Assembly (NCBI GenBank): GCA_964016885.1
Contig: OZ024741.1
Coordinates: forward strand, 279,062,001 to 279,126,000
Source of the DNA: Eledone cirrhosa
Lineage: Eukaryota
DNA: 64,000 nucleotides
Direction of reading: 5' to 3'
Positions 1 through 14,037 of the stretch are shown here, piece after piece. The notes below the pieces were generated by a model, which saw only the letters and a program-made list of their open reading frames with translations, had not been told where the DNA came from and did not search any database. Position 1 is the first letter of the stretch, and every line of letters starts with the position of its first letter. A program made the position numbers and the translations under genes.

Positions 1-82
1 ATAATGTATCGGGAATGACTACCTCATGTTTCTTTTCTGATTTAAATTAGGTGGGGTGTAGAGATCGGCAGAATCGTTAGAG

Positions 83-249
83 CAGGATTTCCCAAACTTT
101 TTCAAACGCGGAACCCATTTTGATTCAGAATCTTTTTGGGGAACCCCAAAGCTTAATACTGTTATATTGTCGCAATATAAATATATTCCTCTACATTTTT
201 TCATGGAACCCCAGACACTCATTTACGGAACCCACTTTGGGAACAAGTC
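83..249. mobile_element. hAT-type MITE inserted into an old SINE
   Basis: Begins CAGGATTTCCCAAAC and ends ...TTTGGGAACAAGTC (degenerate TIR). Flanked by the 8-bp direct repeat CGTTAGAG (75-82, 250-257), and it interrupts a SINE 5' end (ggcagaatcgttagag). Confidence 0.6.
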
Positions 250-635
250 CGTTAGAGTATCGAAGAAAATGCTTTGAGGCATTTATTTACAGCCCTTTAA
301 AGTCAACTTTACCCTTCATACTTTCGGGATCAATAAAATAAAATACCAGTCAAGTACTAGGGTTGACTTAATCAACTTTTCCTTTCCCTTAAATTTTCTA
401 CCCTTCTGCCTAAACTAGAAACTAACTCAACTTTTTATTCAGACATAGTGGTATTCAGGAAGCAACTGTGTGAGAAATGAAAAGAAAAGAAATTGAGAAA
501 AAGCATATATATTTTCATATATGTTTATCCCAATCATCAAAATGAACAAATAAAACAACGGAAATTTTGTATTAACACACAACAAAAACATGCATGTATG
601 TGTGTGTATGTATGTATGATTATAAACACTATGCA

Positions 636-892
<257 letters not shown>

Positions 893-1271
893 AGGTTACA
901 TATTGTTTATAATCACACACAAACATATACATATATACCAACAAACATACATAGGGAGCAAATTGGTAAAACCATTAGAACGTCGGATAGAACGTCTTGC
1001 CAATTCAGCTCACTGAGTTTAAATCCAGTCGGCGCCAACTTTGTCTTTCATCTTTTTGGGTTTGAAATAAAGTACCAGTCGAGGACGATGAATTAACGGC
1101 ATTGTGAAGGCATCGGACTGAATACCTTGTGGTATCTGTCCCGGCTCTTTGCGTTCTGTGAAGGACACAGGTGCTAAGTTATATCAGCCGTTGGCTTTCC
1201 CTTGGACAACATCTTGCATGCATGAGCAACTGATAGTCTTGTATTCACTTGTATTCATATACATTTATATA

Positions 1272-1905
1272 TTCTTCTTCTTCTTCTTCTTCTTCTTCTT
1301 CTTCTTCTTCTTCTTCTTCTTCTTCTTCTTCTTCTTCTTCGCCCACTTGTTCCTGAGAAGGTCGTGGGGGAAGAGTCCTCAAACACTCCTTCCAGCGAGT
1401 CCTGTCAGAAGCAATCGTCTTCAATTGATCCGGCTAGATCCCCAAGCGAGACCAGCTAAGCTCATGGATGTTATCCAACCATCTTGCTCGGGGTTTACCC
1501 CCTGAGTCTCCTGCCGGTTGATTTTGCACGTAAAAAGTGTCCAGTGATTCTTTCCTGAGATTTTCGAACCACATGCCCATAGTATCGCAGCTGTGATCTC
1601 TCAATTCGGAGAAGTAACGAATCTGCCTGGAGTGAATCATTGATCTCTGAGCTGCGCACTCTATGGAGTAACGCTACTCCAAAGACCCTTCGGAGGAACC
1701 CCATTTCCATCGACGTATTCGCGATCGTTGGCATGAAAACCAAATTGAATTGAAGATAGCGAGTTTGCTTTTACGCCTACCTCCCTTCTTTTGATTACTG
1801 AATGCTGAAGCTGGCACATTACTGCACCAGCTCCTGTAATTCATTCACTTAATTTAACCTCCTGCCTTCCATCACTCGTGAATATTTGAACTTCTCTGCC
1901 TGCGC
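1272..1905 (-). mobile_element. Degenerate 3' part of an RTE-like LINE with (GAA)n tail
   Basis: Frameshifted translation MEMGFLRRVFGVALLHRVRSSEI...LLRIERSQLRYYGHVVR, typical of an RTE-clade ORF C-terminus. (TTC)n at 1272-1340 is the tail. Related 3' ends lie at about 5079-5182 (-) and 5560-5675 (+). Confidence 0.75.
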
Positions 1906-2067
1906 AGATGACAAAGGCTATGGAAAAAAACAAAGGAAAGACGGGCAGGCCCAGCTCCTCTGAAAATCACTACTGTTTCGAAGCATTAAGGTTGAAACCG
2001 TTCATTCCAGTGCACATTGAGACATAATAAAACAGATAGAGACAAGTTATGCCTTTAGGCGAATTAC

Positions 2068-2154
<87 letters not shown>

Positions 2155-2601
2155 AGAAAATGAATGATATAAATAGATAGATAGATACAACAACGTATCC
2201 ATTCAATAATTCCACTTCATTGAGATGATAAACGGAATGATAAGTTTTCAGTTAAGTCGGCTACGGACACTAAAATTATGCAACAATTGACTATAGTAGA
2301 ACGAAAGTTTACGGTCAGTAAATATCGTATGACGACATATAACAGTTCAGCTCACTGAACTGGGATAGGAGAGAAATGACTCTATCCCTTACCGAGCGGA
2401 CTAAATAATGATTTCTAGTATAGGCACAAGGCCAGTAATTTTTTTTTTTGGGGGGGGGGGGGCGATTAAATCGACCCTGTGCGTCACTGGTGCTTTATTT
2501 AATTGACCCAGTAAAGATGAAAGGCAAAGTTAACCTCGGCGGGATTTGAACTGAGACCGTAATGGACCGTAACTCTATGGTGCAAAATCAAGCCTAAATA
2601 A

Positions 2602-2789
2602 TCGTTTCTACTTTGGGCACAAGACCAGCAATTATTCCAGTGTATTACTGGTACTTTATTTTATCGACTCTGTAAGGATGAAAGGCAAAGTTAACCTCGG
2701 CGGGATTTGAACTCAGATCATAAAGTGGTGTAACTCTATGCTGCAATGCATGGCGTCCGACCCTCTACCGATACTGCCAATCTACCACC
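2602..2789 (-). mobile_element. tRNA-derived SINE (main family)
   Basis: Matches the other copies (gccgaggttaactttgcctttcatccttac...gtcgataaaataaagtaccag...gaaac). B-box-like GAGTTCAAATCC on the minus strand. An older copy is adjacent at about 2410-2580. Confidence 0.85.
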
Positions 2790-3265
2790 AAGCCTAAATT
2801 ATATTTACTATTTCCAGCGGTGGTGGTGGTGGTGGTGGTGGTGCCTATGGTGCTGATGACGTTGGTGGTTATATTAGCCATATTCATGTGGTGTTATGAT
2901 GGTAATTCTAGTGATGATGATAGTAGTGGTAGTGGTGGCAGTAATGGTGGTGGTGGTGGTGGTGGTTGTCATTATGATGATGGTGATGGTGGCGTTGGTG
3001 TACTATTTCTTCTGGTTTAAAAAAAAAATTACTTCTTCCATATGTTACTGTTACGATTCCTTGGTTAAAGAGTTCTTTATTTCTTTAAGTGACGGTTGAC
3101 TGAAGTTATAACACAGGTGATTTCACAGTAGATTCTCACTTCATTGACGACAGAGTTTTAGTATTTTTATTTTTACTTTTATTTCTTTCAACTTTCTTCT
3201 TTTAATCTCCGATTATTATCACACCCATTCTGCTGCATTTCATTCCCTAAGAAATGTTTAGGCAT

Positions 3266-3274
3266 CAGTATCAT

Positions 3275-3357
<83 letters not shown>

Positions 3358-3437
3358 TAGTAGTAATAATCTTTCTTCTCATCGTCAAGATAGTCGACAT
3401 CGTCTTCGTTTTCCTTCAACTACTACCACAACAACTA

Positions 3438-3495
<58 letters not shown>

Positions 3496-3657
3496 ACTAC
3501 TATTATTACTACTTCTTCCTCTTCTACTACTATTGCTACTACTGCAATTGCTGCTGCTGCTACAACTACTACTACTACTACTGTTACTACTATTACTACT
3601 ACTACTTCTTCTTCTACTATTACTACTTCTTCCTCTTCTTCTTCTACTACTACCACC

Positions 3658-3692
<35 letters not shown>
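3266..3692. repeat. Compound trinucleotide microsatellites (CAT/CAG/TAG/CTA/CTT/CCA)
   Basis: Seen directly. Similar (GGT)n tracts at 2818-3000, 4737-5000 and 17897-18040. Confidence 0.9.
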
Positions 3693-3693
<1 letters not shown>

Positions 3694-3806
3694 TCGTTTC
3701 GCCTTAATCTTCCAGTCCATCATATTCAACCTAGTTCATTTTTTTATATATTTTTTATATATAGTAGTCTTTATTGTGTTGTATCAGATGAAAGAATGGT
3801 ATTTAA

Positions 3807-4375
3807 CTAATGTATTGGTACGCGATGGGGCCCACCCACAGCCCCGGCGGACAGAATGGAGAAGGCGTTTCCCCGGGGGACGGCAAGGGAGACGCGCTGG
3901 AAAAGCCACTCCAACTCGCGGGGATCACACCTGCGGCTGGCCAGCTCAGCGCCTATGGTGGTGAGTAAGGAGGTAGCCCCGGGGCCGAGGACACCAGAAG
4001 TCTCCACTGCCAGGGGAATGACCGCAAACCTGTCGGAGAGCGACCGGTATTTGAGGAATTTGGCCCCCTCAGCCCGACGTGCAGCAGAACCTGGGTCAGT
4101 CGCAGACTGCACCAGGTTGCGGCTGCAGAAAGTGTCGGTGCAAGTGGCATCCCAGACGAGGGGTTTGCCACCGCGGAACGGGAAGATGGTCATGCCATCT
4201 GGCCTTTTGCCGTCCCCTCGATCCAGCCCCACCGGCTCGAGCTGGGGAGGGAAGCCTGCAGCGTCCAAGCCATGCTTAATGACCTCGTTGAGGGCAGTAT
4301 GGCGTGGAATTTGACCGGCACTGTGGCGACAGGAAAGTGGGTGGAGGCCGTAAGAGTCCACGGTGGAACTCTAGT
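3807..4375 (-). mobile_element. 3' fragment of a non-LTR retrotransposon with a restriction-like endonuclease (CRE/NeSL/R2-superclade type)
   Basis: GC-rich ORF 3807-4361 with H..SC...RH..LN, EP.GL.RGDGKRPDG, LVWDATCTD, K..KY, P.AVETSG..G and LFQRVSLAV.RGNA motifs of the RLE domain. Confidence 0.85.
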
Positions 4376-4388
4376 CCAAATATATATA

Positions 4389-4577
4389 ATTGTTTCTACT
4401 TTTGGCACAAGGCCAGCAATTACCCAGTGCATTACTGGTACTTTATTTTATCGACCCCGTAAGGATGAAAGGCAAAGTTAACCTCGGCAGGATTTGAACT
4501 CAGATCATAAAGGGACGTAACTCTATGTGTCAAAGCATGGCATCCCACCCTCTACCGATACTGCCAATCCACCGCCC
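4389..4577 (-). mobile_element. tRNA-derived SINE (main family), near full length
   Basis: Near-identical to the copies at 8589, 11413, 23557 and 59248. Confidence 0.9.
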
Positions 4578-5645
4578 AAATGATAAAGAAAAGGCCATTG
4601 CAGTATCTATTCTGGCTCTTTACGTTCTGAGTTCAAATCCTGCTGAGATCAACATTGCCTTTCATCCTTCCGGGGTCGATAAAATAACGTACTAGTGATA
4701 TACTGGGAGTAGTTTAATCAACTCTACACTTCCTCTGTGGTGGGGATGATGATTGTCGTAGTAGTGGTGGTGGTGGTGGTGGTGGTGGTGGTGGTGGTGG
4801 TGGTGGTGATGGTGGTGATTGTAATAGTAATAGTGGTGGTGGTGGTGGTGGTGGTGGTGGTGGTGGTGGTGGTGGTGGTGGTGGTGGTGGTGGTGGTGAT
4901 GGTGGTGGTGGTGGTGATGGTGGTGATTGTAATAGTAATAGTGGTGGTGGTGGTGGTGGTGGTGGTGGTGGTGGTGGTGGTGGTGGTGGTGGTGGTGGTA
5001 GAAGAAGAATAACTATCTGCAGAAAACCCTCTCAGTACAGAATGTCAACTCTTACAAGTGGTTTCGATTTAGAGAGACTCTTCTTCTTCTTCTTCTTCTT
5101 CGCCCACTTATTCCTGGGAGGTTCATTGGGACAGAGTCCTCAAACACACCTTCCAGAGAATCTTCTCAGAAGCAACCGTCTCTAAAATAAAGTACCAGTC
5201 AAGTACTAAGGTTGATATAATTAATTTTGTCTTACCTCCCAAATTTTCTGGCCTTGTGTCTAAGTTAGAAATCAATTTATACCGTCAAAAAACCCCAAAA
5301 GACAGCGAAAGCTACTTGCGGATTATTGAATTATCCTTCAACTATCGGAATGCTTTCATCATTTGCTTGTTCAATTAGGGATATTAAGTAAAACTTGATA
5401 AATAGGGACTAGAGGCTTCTACAGTATGTCTCAGTAGTAATGGGTCTAGAAAAGGGAAAGATAGAAAGTAAATAAGAGTTTAAGAGACGAGACTGTGGAA
5501 AAAGGAGAAGTAATAGTTCGAAAGACATTGCGTGGTCAATTTGAATGACACTTTATTTTAGAGACTGTTGCTTCTGAGAAGACCTACTGGAAGGTGTTTG
5601 AGGACTCTGTCCCCATACACCTCCCCGAAAAAGTTGATAAAGTAG

Positions 5646-5676
<31 letters not shown>

Positions 5677-5982
5677 TTTTAAGTACTGTTTCCTTGGTGG
5701 AATAGGGATATTCCTCATGGAAATATCAATGTCAAGTTTGGTCAGCATGGTTTCTTAGTGATGAGAGCAAATAATGTTCTCATTGCTGACGTATTATCTT
5801 CGCTTTTTTCCCTTCATTGCCAGAGAACGTCTTCACGAACCAAAGTATCATCTTCCTGTTTTCCTTCGGTTGCAACGTTTTTCGAAATATTTCCTTTTGC
5901 ATTTACAGATCGATTTTTTTAGTTTCAGAAGATTCCGTTAAGGGTGAAAGCAGCGATTCTTTGCTTAAACTTTAATCTGTTA

Positions 5983-6068
<86 letters not shown>

Positions 6069-6246
6069 TATATTCGTGTACAGATATTTTTGCATACACA
6101 AAAACAAAATATAAACAAACGTATTTATTTCACGAAAGCACAGACGGCTTATCGTCATTGTTACTGCCGATATGCCACCCAAAAAGTCCCAGCCTGGCCG
6201 CAAAATCAGATTTTCCAGAAGAAAAAATGTTACTAGAGCAACAGAG

Positions 6247-6447
6247 AGACTAAGCTTCGCGATTACCATCAACAAAGCTCAGGGTCAAACCCTAAAAGTG
6301 GCTGGCCTTCATCTGAGAAAACCATGCTTCTCCCATGGTCAATTGTATGTAGGATGCTCTAAGTTGAGCTCGCCAAACAATCTCTTCATCTTTGCTCCCG
6401 AGGGCCGAACAAAAAATATTCTATACTCTGAGGCTCTAACAATGTAA
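6247..6447 (+). mobile_element. Helitron RepHel fragment (PIF1-like helicase C-terminus)
   Basis: RLSFAITINKAQGQTLKVAGLHLRKPCFSHGQLYVGCSK...TKNILYSEAL corresponds to PIF1 helicase motifs V-VI as found in Helitrons. Confidence 0.85.
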
Positions 6448-6737
6448 TTTATGTATTTTCTGTTACTTGGAATTTCCATTATGGTTGTACAAATTATTGT
6501 AGACTTTGTTAAAAAATGTGTTTTCTGTTCAGCGTTTATTGTTGTAACTATCAATTTTCTTTAACGTACTGGCTGCTGAACTGGGGAATCCTAAAAACTA
6601 TTCAAACCCAACATCAGAGCACGTTAAAAATTAGGGTTGTTTGTGTGGATATTCTAATGGCATTTAAATGAACCCTTGTGAAGATCTAGTAAATGTCATC
6701 GGCACATGAGCGATTCTAAAGACTCAATGTTGATAAT

Positions 6738-6838
6738 AATTGTTTCTACTTTTGACACAAGGCCAGCAATTACCCAGTACATTACTGGTACTTTATTTTA
6801 TCGACCCCGTAACGATGAAAGGCAAAGTCAACCTCGAC
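6738..6838 (-). mobile_element. 5'-truncated SINE with target-site duplication
   Basis: SINE 3' half flanked by GTTGATAATAAT on both sides. Confidence 0.75.
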
Positions 6839-8402
6839 GTTGATAATAATATAGGAATTTCTAATCTAAGCATTTTTATCTTTTCGAAGTCGATCAAAAA
6901 CACCACTAGTTCTTTACTGGGGTTAGTTTTTCCTGTATATCTCTTTCTCACTTCACACACACACTCACTCACACACACACACATACATACACTCATAAGC
7001 ACATACTTACACACACTCTTTCTTTCTCTCTCCATCTCTCTCCATCTCTCTTCCTCTCTCTCTCCTTCTCTCTCCTTCTCTCTCCTTCTCTCTCCCTCTC
7101 TCTCCCTTTCTCTCCTTCTCACTCCTCCCCCTCTCTCTCTCACTCTCTCCTTCCCAGTCTCTCTTCTTTTTTTCTCCTTCTTTGGAAGGAATCGGCTGTG
7201 TTAAGATCTGGAGATGAGATGGGCTATGTCAGGTTAGAAATGCCCAATACATGCTGAATGTTACAACGGTACCCCTATGACTCCTTCAAGAGTTACAGGT
7301 CTGGTATACATAGATAACATAATCACACAATCATATTTTCTCAGTACGTATAGCTGATTAAATCGATCTTGTAACCAGACCGCTACTTATTGGGCCAATG
7401 ACCACAGAACCTAAGCAGATGTGACAAAATACCATGATTGGTTTCTATAGTGACCTCTCTGACTAATTAAATTTATTTCAAACAACCGGAAAGCTCTCCA
7501 CATGGGATAAGCTTTAATAATTTATGGTCGTCTTGTGTTTCAAAGCTTAACGGGGACATATTTATTTATTGATATCCTCATGGGATAGCTGGGACAATTA
7601 CAACAACGATGGCTCTCCGTCGGTTTCGACGATGAGTGTTTCAGTTGTTCGAACAATGGAACATGCTGCTCATGAAATTAACATGTAAGTGGCTAAGCGT
7701 TCCACAGACACGTGTACCCATAACGTAATTTTCATGGAGAATCAACATGACACAATGTGTGTGATAAGGCTAGCCCTTTGATTGACATGTACGGCCCCTC
7801 TAACAGGCTTCGAAACAGCTCTCTATACATAGTTTCGCTCACAAGGTATGGCTTGACACAAGAATATGATGAGACTTACCCAAGATGCAATTCAGTGGGA
7901 CCTGAGCATTGCGAAGCGAATTTCTTAACTATTTGGACATGCTGTGTCCCCAATAAGACAATGAAATGAAAAACTAAATACATTAAAGAGACTAGCATGA
8001 TCCCTCCGCTGTTTCGGAGTTTTAAAAATATCAGCAGGCTTGCTTTAGCTTTCCGTGCTTCGGGAGTCGAAACAATAAATACCAATAGTAATGATTTAGA
8101 CACAAGGCCAACAATTTAGGAAAAGGGATAAGTTGATTCAATCAACCCCAAATCTTAACTGGTACTTGTTTATCAACCTCGGAAAGTTGGCTTTGGTGGA
8201 ATTTGAAGACAGAACGTAAAAAGCTAGAACAAATGCACAGAAGCTTTTTTCCGACGCTCTAACGATTCTGCCAATAGACTAGCACAAATACCAGGATGAT
8301 ATATATTCCACCGAATACATATCGTCGGAATTTCTTGTAACGTATGATCGTTTATATCAACGCGCACGCACACAGACACACACACACATGTATATATTTA
8401 TG

Positions 8403-8474
<72 letters not shown>

Positions 8475-8588
8475 TCTGCAGTGCAGAAACCGGGGAGACC
8501 ACCAATCATGGGAGTACTCAATGCATGGGGAGATGCAGAGTGGGTATAGAGATAAATCCGAAAGCGCATATATACATATATATATATA

Positions 8589-8769
8589 ACTGTTTCTACT
8601 TTAGGCACAAGGCCAGCAATTACCCAGTGCCTTACTGGTACTTTATTTTATCGACCCCGTAAAGATGAAAGGCAAAGTCAACCTCGGCGGGACTTGAACT
8701 CAGATCGTAAAGGGACGTAACTATGCTGGAAAGCATGGCGTCCGACCCTCTACCGATACTGCCAATCCA
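8589..8769 (-). mobile_element. tRNA-derived SINE (main family)
   Basis: High identity to the other copies. Confidence 0.9.
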
Positions 8770-8792
8770 ATATATATATAACGGCGATGAAT

Positions 8793-9312
8793 TAGTTTTG
8801 CGAGGGTTTTGATATGAAATCGTGTGTCGAAACAAATATTGTTATACTTGGGGAGGGTCATATTTGTGTAATATGCCAGAATTAAACCAACCAAACAGTG
8901 AGTGTGTTCTGTTATTAATTCAGGCAATATTACACAAATATGACCCTCCCCAAGTATAACAATATATATATATATTTCTAATTAAGATGGCGTAGGCATA
9001 CAATACAACGGGAGGAAACATAATACCACCACTGACGATGTTGCAGATGTGCAACGAAAGAACTTTGTTAGACTATATATATGTGTTTGTGTTTATATTA
9101 TATCTGTATTTTTGACCGTTGGTCAGTCAATTGTAACATTGAGGACCGAATAAATTAAATTAACCGATATAAAAGACACAGAAGCGAAAACCAACCAAAC
9201 AGTGAGTGTGTTCTGTTATTAATTCTGGCAATATTACACAAATATGACGCTCCCCAAGTATAACAATATTTGTTTCGACACACGATTTCATATCAAAAAC
9301 CTCGCAAAACTA
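8793..9312. mobile_element. Fold-back element with internal hammerhead-like motif (putative Penelope pLTR derivative)
   Basis: 8793-8883 is the reverse complement of about 9221-9312, and 8885-8964 is directly repeated at 9189-9269. CTGACGA-T-GTTGCA-GATG-TGCAAC-GAAA lies at 9032-9059. Confidence 0.65.
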
Positions 9313-9329
9313 TATATATCTTCTTATAT

Positions 9330-9885
9330 ACATTCGTTACCGATGCCATGACGAAGTCCAGCATTGCTGTTTGAATTTCCCCTGCCTCTAACCTGATGTC
9401 ATTTTCAAGAACATCCTTTAGCATTGTGGCTGGTCTCCCAACTCGTCTGCATCAGGTTTCCATCAGGTTTCCAGAAAAGGACTCTGCTAGTAGATTCATT
9501 GTGACGTTTCACATGTCCAGCTAATGCGAGCCTCCTACGCCTTATGATGCCAGAAAGGCGAAGGTGTGAGGTGTAGAGCGATTTCTTGGAAGCTACAGCA
9601 CAGTCCATTGAACTCTCATTGAATGCTGGCAAAACAAAATCCATGCTCCTCAATGCAACGTCAATTAAACAAATCATGCACTAGACCGTTCGAAGATTGA
9701 GGAGGTCGATGACTTCGTGTATCTTGGCAATTTTATGAACACTGAGCACGATATGGACACCAGGATGTGCAAGGCACTGGGGTCTCTCAACTCCCTTTCA
9801 AAGGTGTGGGTCTCTCCGATCAAGAAAACCACAAAAATGAGGCGATTCAAAGCAATGGGCGAGTCCATTATCCTCCACGGATGTA
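9330..9885. mobile_element. RTE-like LINE fragment with inverted 5' segment
   Basis: + strand 9677-9885 encodes IEEVDDFVYLG...ESIILHGC. - strand 9405-9677 encodes the more C-terminal IIRRRRLALAGHVKRH. Confidence 0.7.
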
Positions 9886-10278
9886 TGTATATAAGGCTTG
9901 TTTAACGCGCAAGCTGAAACCACTTGGCACCGCGGTCGGGAATTTACCTATATCTATACCTACTCTGCATCTACCCAGGCATTGAGTACACCTTTGATTC
10001 GTGGTCTCTCTGGTCTCAGCACCGCAGGCAATATATATATACAAGAAGAGTCCCTGGGTCGAATTTTCATGTTTCATTTTTCAATTTCCTATTATCTTTT
10101 CCCTATCTTCCAATCGGGTTCTACGTAACCCTGTCATGTAATTCTGTCAAAGTTACCTGATGAAACCTTTCTGTCTTGCATCATATTTGGATGATGGAGT
10201 TGGGCTATTGAAATAATTCACGGAATTAAAAGTTTTACAGTATATCTTCCAGTCCGGCCTCCTATTGTCGTTTTATAA

Positions 10279-10375
<97 letters not shown>

Positions 10376-10721
10376 GAAAGAGGGACATGGGAGAGGGAGA
10401 GAGATGTGTATGTTTGTGTGTGCTTAGTTTGTATTTTCTATTTGTCTCTGCCAAAAGCTTGGTTGATTTAATGACTTATGTTTATATACTTTCTAAAAAG
10501 ATGTCATTGTGTGCACATTAAGTCTTTCCACAGCGTCTGTGTTGACTTAACAACAAGAAATAAACTGCTCTATAAGTTGTTTACTGCTTTGCATGACATC
10601 AACATACAAGCTTAATAGAAAGAACCAACCTAAGAAAGGGAATAAATTTATTCATTCAAAAAAATTTGATTTAATTTAAAATGATTAATTCTTCAATGCC
10701 ATGAATTATACACACTTACAC

Positions 10722-10830
<109 letters not shown>

Positions 10831-10834
10831 GTGA

Positions 10835-10917
<83 letters not shown>

Positions 10918-11412
10918 CTGTGTGTGCGTGTGTGTGCGTGCATGTGTAAGCAATATGTGTGAATCAGAGAATATCATAGTGAAAGTGAGACGGGGTCAGG
11001 GAGATCAATAGTAATATATAGAGAAGATGGAGATGTATGTAAAATTATATGCATCAAATATATACTGAAGCAGAATCACTATTGATTGATATTTATATAT
11101 TCACGTACATGATCGTAAGTATAAACGAGAATGTGGAAGGCATGTATGCACACGCATATGTTTTGTGTGTGTGTGTGTATATATATATATAATACATACA
11201 TATATGTATGTATTATATATATATATATATATATATATGTGCGTACATATATGTATGTCTGTATAATGAATATATATATATATATATATATGTACATATA
11301 TACATATATGTATGTGTATATATGTGTGTGTGTGGGGGGGGGTATGGGTGAATAGAAAGAGAGTCAAAAATGCATATGAATTCGTGTATGTAGAATTATT
11401 ATTATATATAAG

Positions 11413-11599
11413 GGCGGTTAATTGGCAGTATCGGTAGAGGGTCGGACGCCATGCTTTCCAGCATAGTTACGTCCCTTTACGGTCTGAGTTCAAATCCCGC
11501 CGAGGTTGACTTTGCCTTTCATCCTTACCGGGTCGATAAAATAAAGGACCAGTAATGAACAGGGTAATTGCTGGCCTTGTGCCAAAAGTAGAAACAATT
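11413..11599 (+). mobile_element. tRNA-derived SINE (main family), full length
   Basis: GGCGG..TTGGCAGTATCGGTAGAG (A-box-like), GAGTTCAAATCC (B-box-like), conserved core and tail. Confidence 0.9.
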
Positions 11600-12000
11600 A
11601 TATATATATATGTGTGTGTGTGTATATATGTACATATGGCGGTGTGTGTGCGCGCGCGCGCGTGTGTGTGTGTATAGAAGGCTATAGTAATACGAATCAG
11701 ATATTAGATATAAAAAATATCAATAACAAAGATATTGAAAAGTTACCTCGGTAATACTTAATTCATCATATTTCACGAAAAATACCCATTTTCAAATGTA
11801 TGAAGAGAACACAAGAAACGTGAATATTCTATATCAATTATAGTGGCATACGAAGTTATGAGAAAGAAGAAAAAGCCCCCGTACCCTGAAGAAAACTTTG
11901 CTCTGTCGCTTTAATTCCATGGGCAATTAGTCTCTGTGAGTGGTGACATGCGCATGAAGGAATTGGATACATACATATATATATATTTATATATATATAT

Positions 12001-12571
12001 ACTAGCAGTGGTACCCGGCGTTGCACGGAATAAGGTATTTTGGAACGCGGGCCGCCAACAGACCTAATCGTGGAAAAACTGCATGCCTGGACAATATGTA
12101 AAGAAAATAAACCGAATACTCTGATGGCTGGATAATCTTTAAGATTTTCCTCGATGAAGCAGGAAAAATGCAGGTTTTCACCTAATGAGGGCCCTAGCGG
12201 ATCAAAAAATGAATTTTTTTTATGTGCATAATATGCCTTTAAATTTCGGGAAAATCGGCCTCCAAAAAGCCCTAAGAAGCTGAAAAAATGAAGTTTTTCA
12301 CCTAATGCGACCATAAGAAAGTTGGATTTTCTTTGCTTACGGTATGAAGAAGAGACTAACTAATACATAGTTACAATTTCAAGGAAATCGGTCTGACGTA
12401 ACGCCCCCAAAAACCCCTAAACATCTTAAAAAACGCAGTTTTCCACCTAATGCGGGCATTTATCTGCATAACACTCCCTGAGTTTACATGTGTAAAGTTT
12501 GAAAACAGTCAGTTGGGTGGTTCTCGAGATTTAGGGATGCGAACTCACACACACACAGACAGACATCCTCA

Positions 12572-12582
<11 letters not shown>
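12001..12582 (-). mobile_element. Non-autonomous Helitron
   Basis: Minus-strand 3' end CCGTGCAACGCCGGGTACCACTGCTAGT (GC hairpin plus CTAG). The other end, TATATATAAAACTGAGG, is embedded in (TA)n. Confidence 0.7.
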
Positions 12583-12642
<60 letters not shown>

Positions 12643-12649
<7 letters not shown>

Positions 12650-13203
12650 ATATAGAGGGGAAAGACACAGAAGAGTGTGTTTCTCTTTACAGGAATTTCA
12701 AACCACCAGTGTGAAGAGAATATAAGCTACTAGAGGCATAGGAAAAACATTAAAATTAAAAGTATAAATTAAAATGAGAAACCAACCTCATATCTAAGTC
12801 ACACATGTACAAACTCATCGGGAGAATGTTCCGCCATTTAAGTGGGTTCCAATTCGGCAGCTTGTTCTGTTCATCCCACCGGTTACTGTTTCGCTCACGC
12901 ATTTCCCTTATATCTACACGTGCGAAAGGTAGTTTACTTTAGCTCTCTCCAGTAGTGCGGACAATATCGGCCTTCCACATGCTGATGACCCACAGGGCCG
13001 AATTGGAACCCACTTAAATGGCGAAACATTCTCCTGGTGAGTTTGTACTTAGATATGAGGTTGGTTTCTCATTTTAATTTATACTTTTAATTTTAATGTT
13101 TTTCCTATGCCTCTAGTAGCTTATATTCTCTTCACACTTGTGGTTTGAAATTCCTGTAATGAAAAACACACTCTTCTGTGTCTTTCCCCTCTATATATTG
13201 TAT
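12643..13203. mobile_element. Fold-back element (about 210-bp inverted arms)
   Basis: 12643-12858 is the reverse complement of 12997-13203. CTGATGA at 12982 and GCGAAAC at 13021 suggest a hammerhead-like core. Confidence 0.75.
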
Positions 13204-13340
13204 TTAAAGTGCCCAGGAAAACATTTCCTTTGAGCTCATTTAATTACATGATTATACGCGAGTCCTTTGCTCCGTTATTTTACTTGATATATATATAAAT
13301 ATATATATATATACATATATATACATATATATATATACAT

Positions 13341-13676
<336 letters not shown>

Positions 13677-14037
13677 ATATAAAGAGGAAAATACGAAGTT
13701 CTAGATGTTAGTCTTTTATTAATTGAGCCGTTATACATATTTCCATGATGATAGATATCGTGATTTCTTCAGGCAGCAAAAATTGAGTAAAAGGCAACAT
13801 TTCCGAGGCAAATTTGTGTGGAATGGAGCGGACTAAAAAATGTATGTATATATATAGTTTCAATGAATTTCTTAATAAATTCGATAGTGAACCCAATCCG
13901 ATTGACGAGTTGCGTTATAGTTATTTATTCCATCAACAAAACATGCTTACAGATACACATATTTCATTGACTATATCAAATTAACTGTCAGTTTGGCCAT
14001 CTTGGAAGGGTTGTGTAATATATATACATATATATTA

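Noticed and set aside
6172-6447. Host PIF1 helicase gene
   Set aside because: Only the intronless C-terminal motifs are present, in the form typical of Helitron fragments.
11413-11500. tRNA genes
   Set aside because: The A/B-box-like heads belong to multi-copy SINEs and do not form complete cloverleaves.
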